From: Lingula anatina
Taxonomy: Eukaryota; Animalia; Brachiopoda
Assembly (NCBI GenBank): GCA_051362555.1
Contig: CM120643.1
Coordinates: 28,958,848-29,022,847 of the forward strand
DNA length: 64,000 nucleotides
Reading direction: 5' to 3'
This document shows positions 54,442 through 64,000 of the stretch, in pieces. The translations under genes and the position numbers were made by a program. Position 1 is the stretch's first letter. The number at the start of each line of letters is the position of its first letter. The notes under the pieces are model-generated. The model did not search any database. It saw only the letters and a list, made by a program, of their open reading frames with translations, and was not told where the DNA came from.

Positions 54442-55933
54442 CTTATCTCTTAGCACGAAAATAAACGCATTAGCACCCCTTAAAATATGGATGCTCATAT
54501 CTGTTTATTGACAGCCGAATACTGCGACGTGTAGCTCTCAAATCTTTATCTTACTTTTCACCTAAATACGTCGTAGATACACTAAAAAAACTAGACTTGG
54601 GCTGATAGGGATGTGAATAAGTTAAGCTTCATCTTCGTAAGCTTCATCTTCAGTGATGATGGCCTGAAAGCAGCCCTTAGCAGTAATGTTGGCATTATTT
54701 GATCATAATCTGTGATTATGTGATTTACGGAAGTCGGTGCATGTCGGTTTGGGGAAGTATTGTTTTACAGCAGCTGTTTTAAGGGTGGTTAGCACAAAGT
54801 TTCAAATAGACATGTAGTAATGAATTGCATTCTTATCAGCTGCATTTTATTTCAACGATTAATTAGTAGGGTGTGGCGAAATACACTTTATCAAGAATGT
54901 ATTTCATTGTTATCCATGCCCTTTTACTCTTACCTGGCGGTGCAGCAGTGGCATCTAAAAAAGAAAATAAGTTTAATCAATGAAGGCATTAGTATCTGCG
55001 AATTGAATAAATCGTTGAAATGTAATGCAAGTCGTACGTAGGGAAATACACGTCTTACCAGACCAGACGAGGCTGGATTTATTAGTATAGACACTTGGCT
55101 TTTGTTCTGTTTCATGAATACGACGTCTTGCAGTCACATTTTGCGATATTATGATTTTTCTGATGTGTTGTTTATATTCAGATTTCAATAAATTTAAAAA
55201 GGCTAACATCACAGTTGTGTCAGATTTCAGTCATTAATTTTTTTGTTTTATTTTTACTCTACAACAATGTTTTGATTTCAGACATTAACGCAGCCTTTCA
55301 GTGAGGGAAATATCGCAGTTAGACGTACAATTAATAACAAATCTTTACACAAAACACGAGATATCTTCTGTGAGATTTTAGTTTTGCATTAAGAAGAGTC
55401 ACAAACTTAAACTCATTGGAAATTCTTTCTGTCAACGGTCTGTCTGTAAACGCTCCCAATTTCAATTCCAGTACAAAAATCGTCAAAACACTTCCCCCGC
55501 TGTTACACCTTTTTCTTTCTTTTGTCAAACATTCTCACCCTTGCTACATGTAACTGACCAATCAGTTGTCTAATACCCAAGAGCTCGGTCAGAGACGTCA
55601 CAAAAGTGGTGATTTTGGACCACGTGTTTGTAGTGGTCACCGGTCTGCACCCCTAGTTTGAAGTCTTAATGTGTTTTAAAAAACACAAAATGAACAATAT
55701 GGATACTGTAAATCAATGACATTTTTTTTAATTTAAGAGTGAAAAAGGAGAACTGATATGAGATAATTGTGATTGGTCAGTTTCTCACGTCATGTGCGTT
55801 AGATTTTCGGACTGTTCTGAGTGTTGTAATGAAGAAGCATTAGTGAAATGACATTCCTAGCAGATAAATTTTCTGTTCAGCCAATAGAAATAAATACTTG
55901 TCAAATGGGCGGACTAACACAACTTGCAATATA

Positions 55934-57999
55934 CAGGGTTAATACTTAATATGTAATATTTTTTATCATTGTCATTTTTAAGTGCAGATTCAATTTTCTT
56001 GGCTTTACTCGTCAAAAAAAGGAAGTCATTGAGTGATAGAAATATCCAGTCTTCTATTGTGAGATATTTTGGTCAATAATATCAAATCTGACATAAGATG
56101 TCATTTAAAAGAAAAGAACACCCCCAGAAATCTATATCAACAGTTTGATGTCAGTATTAACTTCAAGCTAATATATTAAAGAAAAAATGGCCTACGGACA
56201 GTGATATGCTACACAGGCAAAGAGCTCATCACAGTTAATCATGAAAAGTAATCAACAGCGGGTATGACCTCCAGCAGCCGCTTACAGTACCCTCACCCTA
56301 CATGGCATTCCCTGTGGCAAGTTTTTTAGAGTTTGGATGGGGATATCATTCCACAAAATGATATTTGCCTGTCGCAGTTCATCACGATTTACCGGCTGAT
56401 GGTCATACCTGTAGTTATTAATTCTGCGAGTTACTTCCGCCCACAGGTTTTCAATTGGGTTCATATCTGGGGAGTTTACAGGCCAGGGCAGTTGCTGAAC
56501 CCATAATATCAAATCTGACATAAGATGTCATTCAAAAGAAAAGAACACCCCCAGAAAACTATATCAACAGTTTTATGTCAGTACTAACTTCAAGCTAAGA
56601 TATTAAAGAAAACGAAAGCCTCCGGACAGTGATATGATACACAGTCAAAGAACTCATTACAGTAAATCAGGAAAAGTCAGCAATAACAGGTATGACCTCC
56701 AGCAGCCGCTTGCAGCACCCTCAACCTGCATGGCATACCCTGTAACAAGCTTTTTCGAGTTTGGATGGGGACATCATTCCACGCAGTGATACTTGCCTGT
56801 CGCAGTTCATCTCTATGACCATAGCTATTAGTTCTCTGAGTTACTTCCGCCCACAGATTTTCAATTGGTTCATATCTGGGGAGTTTGCAGGCCAGGGCAG
56901 TTGCTGAGCCCATTGGTTGTGAAGAAAATCAGTGATTCTCTGAGCTCGATGCGGGGTTGCGCAGTCGTCTTAGTACACAAAGTTGTTCCCGAAGATGACT
57001 CTTACAAATCGAAGCATTGTTTGCTGTAGAATGTCTCTATAGGAATCCTGGTTGAGGTTGCCTCCTAAAAAAACCAACTCATTTTGGGCACCAGCATGAA
57101 ATGCTCCCCAAACAGAGACGTTACCACCCCCTACTTGCACCCCAGGCAGTACACGATCAGCCTTATATGTCTCTCGCACATGCTGGCGGACACGGAATCA
57201 ACTGTCAATCCTAAAAACTCTCTATATGCATCACTGAAACTGAAAATGACGTGATTCCAGTGGTTTGGCTGCAAACGCACGTGGTCCCAAGCCCACTGCA
57301 GACGTCGCTGTGTATAACCTGCTGTAAACAGTGCTCTCCGTACTGGTCTTCGTGCAAAATAACCGGCTTCCAGTAATCTCTTGTTCACGAGGGACATTGA
57401 AACGGGCGTTTGAATGACATTCTGCCACTCTTTTCTGAGAAAACTGGTTGTCGTTGTACGACCAGCACAGAACAGTCTAAGGAGAAGGCGATCCTGTCTT
57501 CTTGTTGTGATACGCGGACATCCTGGTCGAGGTACTGGAGTAGGTGCACCTTTTGTAGCATTTCTTTGGAGGACTTTACAACGGTTCTCTGATAAATGTT
57601 GAATTGCCTGGCAATGGCTGCCCGTTTCTGGTCATTTTCTCTGAGAGCAAGAATCCCATAGTAAGCTGCGTTGCTTAGCTGTCGAAACATATCTTCTCTA
57701 ATGTACCTGTCAAGTTTCAAGGCGATCCCTTTGTTTCTTCTTGAAATACACTCCAAAGACCAAGCCCATGCGTTTTTATACAAGGGCAGAAATTGCCGAA
57801 AATACCACCTCTCACATTTCCGATCACAGAATATGCATTTGCGTGCATCAGTTGTTTCGAGAGTCGTGTGGTAATTAGTTAACACACCTGGCTACACATG
57901 GAGTGACACCTCAGTTTCGGATTTAAAATAGTGAGAGAGAAAATAAATATTCTGTAGAAACTCCCAAAAAATAATATTCCACATTAAGTATGAACCCTG
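55934..57999 (-). mobile_element. Decayed Tc1/mariner transposon with internal ~425-bp tandem duplication of its 3' end
   Basis: Imperfect TIRs CAGGGTT(A/C)ATACTTAAT; TA on the left. Fragments QWA..WNHVIFS, VQVGGGNVSVWG, WPVNSPDMNPIENLW. 56077-56500 is similar to 56503-56910. Confidence 0.9.
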
Positions 58000-58444
58000 T
58001 GCAAGTGGCTGCTTCTATTTCCATTTCCCCCTCTTACTGAACAGTTACAAGCTTTGAATAACCATAGTTTTTTTTCCACCCAAGCAGTATGAAGATAACG
58101 TTAACATTTTCAATATTCTATAGATACGGCCGAATAAAGGCGTCTTTTATTTCACTCCAAGTTGAAAGACATTTCTATAGATATCGGGTAATTCTACCCT
58201 TGATAAAATAATTACAAACACTCGATTTCCCAAAAGGAGCCTGTTTAAACAAGCCATCTCGTATTTCGCGATAGAAAACAAACAAACGAAGGACATATGT
58301 TGTTTTTGTTATTGTGTTTGTGTACCATGCAATGTGCACATGTTGTTAATAATTCCCTTTTAAGAAAAAAATTGAAATGCAAATACAGCTTTTAAATCAC
58401 CAAATTCTCAGCTCCGAGCTCAATTGTATGAGATCTGTAGATGA

Positions 58445-58480
<36 letters not shown>

Positions 58481-59029
58481 TGTCTGCATGCTCAAGTTTA
58501 GTGTGAGAAAAAGAAATAAGAGAATGGTCAGCCAAGGTCACCAAATTCGAAATACGTGATCTGTATTTGGGATATTAAGTAGTGCTTAAATGGGTCACCT
58601 TTACCTATTAAACAAGGTCAGCTAACTCAGGTCACCTGACATCACTATATCACAAACGAACTGCACATAAGTTATACATATCAACATTTTCCTTTACTCA
58701 ACTTTGAACATTTGGATAAAAATGACATTGAGGATCTTCCTCTCTACATCATGCCTGTAAGGAACCATAGCACCAAGTACACTCAGGTTCCATTATAGAA
58801 GATTGTTAATATTCCAAATAAATTTAAGGAGGCTGTAAATTTTATATTTGGCTTATACAGACCTACGTAGTTCCAACAGATTGTAATAAAACATTGAACA
58901 GGAAGATATTCACGTTGGGGCCTGTGAAAGGGAGTCCATGTAGTATTAGCATTTTGAGCTGCTCGAAGACAGGTTCCCCAAAATAAAATCATGAATTTGT
59001 GTTATGTGGTTTCTTTGACCGATGGCTAG

Positions 59030-59182
59030 GTAGCAGAATTGGAAAAAATGATTTGGAAGTTCTGAACAAGATAAAGCTTCAACAAATGAAATGTGATACC
59101 TCGGTTTCAAATCTCACTCACACCCTGGAAATCGCCTTGGAGAAAATTAAAAGATTAGAAGAAAAATCATCTGTAGTAAAAG
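59030..59182 (+). pseudogene. Frameshifted paralogue of the pro/coil exon 2
   Basis: TAG|GTAGCAGAATTGGAAAAA (VAELEK) then, after a 1-nt deletion, NLTHTLEIALEKIKRLEEK; AG|GTAAGG donor. Confidence 0.65.
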
Positions 59183-59489
59183 GTAAGGACTGCGTAATGC
59201 CTTAACAAATATGATAATGAACAAATGCCCCCTTATGTATGTTTGAGAGAATGCACTCATGCATGTATGTGAGAGAGGGGGGCATGCTTGTTTAGGGTGC
59301 GCGCAAGCACGTAACTGTACCAAGCAGTCTATTTTGTTTACTGTCTGCGTTCATTTGCTTACGATGGGGATGTCACCTGAAATGTCGCTGTTGGGCACAA
59401 AAAATGTCGGTGAATACTTTAATTTTAAAATTACTTTTAAAATTACTACTACTTCTGTGCACTGCAAAATTGTGCTTTCTCATTTTCAG

Positions 59490-59585
59490 TATGTCCAGTT
59501 GGTTTTGTAAAACTCGCTGATAGCTGCTATTATTATTCGACAGTTAAGAAGACTTGCCCCCAAGCTCAGGAGTACTGTCCAGGTG
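59490..59585 (+). pseudogene. C-type-lectin-domain-like exon fragment
   Basis: TTTTCAG phase-1 acceptor; VCPVGFVKLADSCYYYSTVKKTCPQAQEYC fits the CTLD N-terminal pattern (W replaced by C); stop soon after. Confidence 0.65.
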
Positions 59586-61527
59586 TCTCGCCTACATACA
59601 TGTAGTATGAGATTTATAGATACCAATATACATAGGGTGCCCTGAAAAGGGCATTTCGTGATTGGCACGATAGAGGCATCTCGCATGTCGGGGGTAGGGT
59701 GGACTGGTTGCAGCATGTGTGTTAGGGGTGGTCGGCTTATGCCCTAGTTAGATTCCACTTTACCAAAATAACACGATTCAGAGCTGGGCCTCCGAGGACG
59801 TGTGTTTTGACATCGTTTTTGGTGACCTCTGAAATTCAGGATAACAGGCTTTGACGCCGGAGTGGACGAGGTCATCTCTGTAGAGTCCAACAGATCGACA
59901 GGGGGTGTTAAAATACGGTTTATTTGCTAACCTTAATTAGTTCTTGAAAAATACCCTATGAAGCTAAGTGAAATGACATTCCATGCAGATAAATTTTCTG
60001 TTGTCTAATTATTGTCAAATGGGCAGTCTAATACAATGTTCTATTTCCTCCCCCACCCCTCTTAACTGCACAGTTACCAGCTTTGAATAAATATAGTTTT
60101 TCCATCCATGCAGTATGAAGATCACCTTAGCAATTTTTGTATTAAATGAAATACGACCGATTAATCGCGTCCTTTATTCTTTTTACTCTAAGTGGAAAGA
60201 AATTTCTATAGATGTCGGGTAATTCTACCCATGATAAAATAAATACAAACACTCGGTTTCCTAGAAAGGAGCCTGTTTAAACAAGTCATCTCATATTTCG
60301 TAATTGAAAGCAAACAAATGATGGGCATATTTAATGTTTGTGTACGATACATCCTTCACGTTTTAAATTTATACACTCTTAAGAGAAAATCTAAATGCAA
60401 AACATAACTTTTAAATAATGAAACTAGTGCCTTTAAGTACGAATATCAAATTCTCAGTTCCCAACTCAATTATATGAAATAAAAGATTAAATGAGGGACG
60501 CATTATTTTCAACAAAGGGTATGTAAGACCAATATCTTAACCTTCTATTTTAATCATTTTGGAGTAAGATAAACCTATTGCCACCTTGTCATACTATTAA
60601 TTATTTAAATAATTGAGTTCTCCTCCTCTGCTTCACATCCCGAGTTTCAGAAGTACCTAGGAAATACAGAGATGTGAGTTTCCCGGTTTCCGCTGACTGT
60701 TTTGATATATAAGACCAGATATAAATGAGGTGTTGATTGACAAGCTTTTTTAAACAAGTTGGTTTATATTTTTTTAAACATTTCGGTGTCGGGCATATTT
60801 TTAGGTAATTTCAAATCAACGGTAGAGGCGAATCTTGAGTATATAAGCGTCAAGGAACAGCATCACAACTTCCCCTGGGGTCAAAGACCATGCCATGTTT
60901 TTAAAATGTGATTTCCTCAAATTTAGGACTTAACATGTCCCATAACCAACTGTCAAATTAGTAACTTTGCTAGCAAGTGATTTCCGAGAATAGCCCTCGT
61001 TTAAGATAAAAAATCAGATTACTTTGAATCGCACAGACAAACACATGTCACTGGTTGTAAGGACAGTGAGCCACCACGAGTAAAAGAGATTACTGGAAAC
61101 TTCTCTTTTACCTGTATACATCTGTCACTTCCAGTAAAACATTTCATAGCCAGGTTCCCCGGGATAAATAATATATTTCAGTTGTGTTCGTCTTCAACCC
61201 GTTACAGCAACATGATTCACAACAAACGCAGAAATCTACCAACGTAAATTCAGTTTGTTAAACCTAAATTTTCTACCAGTGTTGACACTGTCAACTGGTT
61301 CAGAAACTACGTCATCTAAGATACGGTGAAGATAATGAAGGTAATGCCTACTTTCGATCACATGTTCAACGCCACCAAATACAATTACGGCAAGTACCTA
61401 AGAAATAAGATCAAACCCCTCCCATAACTATTATATAAGAGAATGCCTGCGTAGATCTTCCACGTATGCGTACAGTTTTTCACAGCGTTGTAAACAACAC
61501 TTATTTGTTGGTGCATACGGTTAAAGA

Positions 61528-61695
61528 ATGGCTACATTATGTTTATTAGCATGGTCGTTCCTGTTGGTTCTTATTGAGCATAGTTCTGTTTGTGGACATG
61601 GCGTCATAAGCAGGCAAAGCAAAATCCCAATTCTTAGAGACCTACCGTCACTGGATACAGGCACAGGTACCGTTGATAGGAAGATCAAAGAAAAG
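61528..61695 (+). CDS. Second secreted paralogue, exon 1 (signal peptide)
   Basis: 168 nt, homologous to 48041-48208; AAG|GTTAGT. Confidence 0.8.
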
Positions 61696-62416
61696 GTTAG
61701 TTCGAGTACTAACAAACTGTTCAACACTTATGTAGGGAGCCCCCTTTACTTTATATATACCGTGGATTTTCGATGTTTTTTTCCTGAATATAGATGAGTG
61801 GGATTTTTATCAATGTCTATGCTAGTAAAGTATTAATTAATTTTCAATTGATTTGCTGTTTTTACATGTCTGTTCCTGAGATTACCTAAGCACTTGAAAT
61901 ATTTGAATGGGCTTAACACTTTTGTTAAAACAGAATATCAGCATATATATTTGTACACCAATTTATCAGTATAACAAACATATTTTAAAAACCTTATTGA
62001 AAGTGGAAAGATTGGAAAGTACCAATTGTTATTTTAGATGACGTTCACCCTTAAGCGCGGTTTCAACAAACAATTTAGTATGAAATGAACATTCGCCTGC
62101 TTCTAACCAAGATGAAAATCTAATAGTCCACGGAAAGTATGATCTTCTTCCCCAGTTACACAGAGCGAAAAGGGCCTATTAATGGATATTTATTTTGCCG
62201 AATGGATTGAAATAATATAAAGTAAACCCCTTTCTTTTCGAAGATTATTATGCCATAGTTATTTCGGTAACCTTTGAGAGGACGAGCGTGCTAAACTTGC
62301 ACAGTTAGTCGACAACAGCGCTTTATGAAACTCCGAATCAAAAAGAAAAATGTAAAGGTTATTAATTCAAATAATTTACTGACTTTAACGTGAATCATTT
62401 TAATCAATTGCTATAG

Positions 62417-62573
62417 GTAGACGGATTGGAAAAGAAGTTCTACGAAACAGGCGTGGAAATGCAGAGCAAGGAAGAGCTGCAACAAGAACAGGTAGCCGAT
62501 GCGTTGGTGTCAAATCTCGCTGACACATTGGGAATCGCCACAGCAAAAGTCAAGAGAATGGTTGCACCAAAAG
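62417..62573 (+). CDS. Second secreted paralogue, exon 2
   Basis: VDGLEKKFYETG...LADTLGIATAKVKRMVAPK; phase 0-1. Confidence 0.8.
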
Positions 62574-62860
62574 GTCAGTGATACATAAAGTAGTAACAAA
62601 TAAAGGTTACATTTAAATTTTGTCTTATAATATTTATGGCCATGACCCTAGAGACCGCGACCAAGTTTATGTTATGTTCATACAAAATCATAACTGTGAG
62701 TTTGACACCTTGAAATAAGTACCCACTCTGGAGAAGGGTGGCTAGCACAAATAAAATATATATAGGAAAGAACCGCGTGCTTATCTACGTCTTTTAATTT
62801 GAACAATTCCCCCATTTCGCAGATTACATTGTCGTTGTTAGTAATTTTTTTAGTTTGTAG

Positions 62861-62881
62861 GGGCTACTGCCACATCTGCAG
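62861..62881 (+). CDS. 21-nt microexon (GATATSA) of the second paralogue
   Basis: TTTGTAG|GGGCTACTGCCACATCTGCAG|GTAAG; same size, phase and similar sequence as the VWA linker microexons. Confidence 0.65.
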
Positions 62882-62919
62882 GTAAGAACAGCAGGAATTG
62901 TATAACGTCTGTATTTCCC

Positions 62920-63036
<117 letters not shown>

Positions 63037-63038
63037 CA

Positions 63039-64000
63039 CACTGGACAATAGAAGTGTCACCCCCTAAATCAGAGTAATAAAAGTAGGCAGATCTTGGGTA
63101 GTTATTATGCCTGGTCTACTTATAATGGGACTAATGAGTATTAAACCGCTATACCATGGAATTGTACTGTTGGTCTTGTACATGTACAGCAAATGTTATT
63201 CCTGTCTTTCTCCAATATGGCAAGATCCAGGCAATTATCTAACGGTTATAGGCGTCAAGTTATTAACCTGAAGAGGCGGAATATAGGCAATGTCAGAATA
63301 TCGATACAATTGAATTGTTCAGTCGGAACCGTGCAGAGGGTCTGGTCTGGGTATAGAAACACTGGATCAAGAGACAAATTGCCTCTGATGGGTCGTCCAA
63401 GAAAAACTACCGTCCGTGACGACCGACGACTAATTTTGATGTCCAGGTTGTCAAAGTTCGACGCTGCTTGTCAGTTGACAACACAGTGGAACAATTTCAC
63501 ACATAAGAATGTGTCTGTGAAAATTGCTAGGCGTCGGTTACATGCTCAGAGAGTGTGCAGCAGGGTAGCAAGACTGAAACCTCTTTTATCGTTACAAAAC
63601 AGGCAACTTAGAGTGAACTAGGATCAACAGGAACTGGAACTGGACAGTCCATGACAATTGGTCCTATATATTTTTTCTGATGAGTGTCGCTTTGGTCTGA
63701 CGTCTGATGACAGACGGGTACGATGCTGTCGAACTGCTGGTAAAGCATGCACTGAATTTTCGAACCCGGAGCAGCATATTTATCATGGTGTGAGGCTGCA
63801 TCAGCATCTTTGGCGTGGGCGAATTGATAGTGGTTGATGGAAACATGAATCAGTAGAAATATATCGCTCTTTTGGAGTCAGGTTTGCTACCATCTATTAC
63901 TTACATCATTGGTGACAGGAATTATCCATTTGTTCACCAGGATGACAATGCTCCTTGTCACAGGCCCAGAGCAGTTGATGATTGGTTTGACCAACAGGAC
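63039..64000 (+). mobile_element. Decayed Tc1-like transposon, truncated by the window end
   Basis: HTH region with GRPRKTT..DDRRL (63217-63621), then IFSDE, MVxGCI and HQDDNAPCHR motifs with stops and frameshifts. Confidence 0.9.

Noticed and set aside
54867-55656. Possible TAGGG...CCCTA element at the VWA unit-3 breakpoint
   Set aside because: Termini match poorly and no TSD found.
58722-58840. Possible decayed signal-peptide exon for the middle paralogue (MTLRIFLSTSCL*)
   Set aside because: Early stop and no convincing similarity to the other exon-1 copies.

Overview
Eukaryotic (invertebrate, probably mollusc-like) genomic window that is intron-rich and transposon-rich. The left half holds the 5' portion of WDR7/Rabconnectin-3beta on the minus strand (17 coding exons traced, 28627 to 2684, continuing out of the window). 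It sits head-to-head with a complete Rab2 gene on the plus strand (31693-41326). The standout is that Rab2 has BOTH of its last two coding exons tandemly duplicated (7a/7b, 8a/8b). All copies are intact and diverged, predicting up to four Rab2 proteins with different helix-5 and hypervariable tails from one gene. The right part is a tandem family of secreted proteins sharing a signal-peptide exon and a 'pro/coil' exon. These are joined to phase-1 cassettes: three VWA exons linked by 21-nt microexons in one copy, and a C-type-lectin-like exon in a decayed copy. Mobile DNA includes a deleted Gypsy LTR element, a 4.5-kb TIR element (7-bp TSD) with decayed cargo genes and a nested RecQ-fragment element, six TTA/TAA-target MITEs (one inside a WDR7 splice donor), 5-bp-TSD CAGG MITEs, HINE-like repeats and two Tc1/mariner relics. 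All calls come from manual reading; no searches were run.
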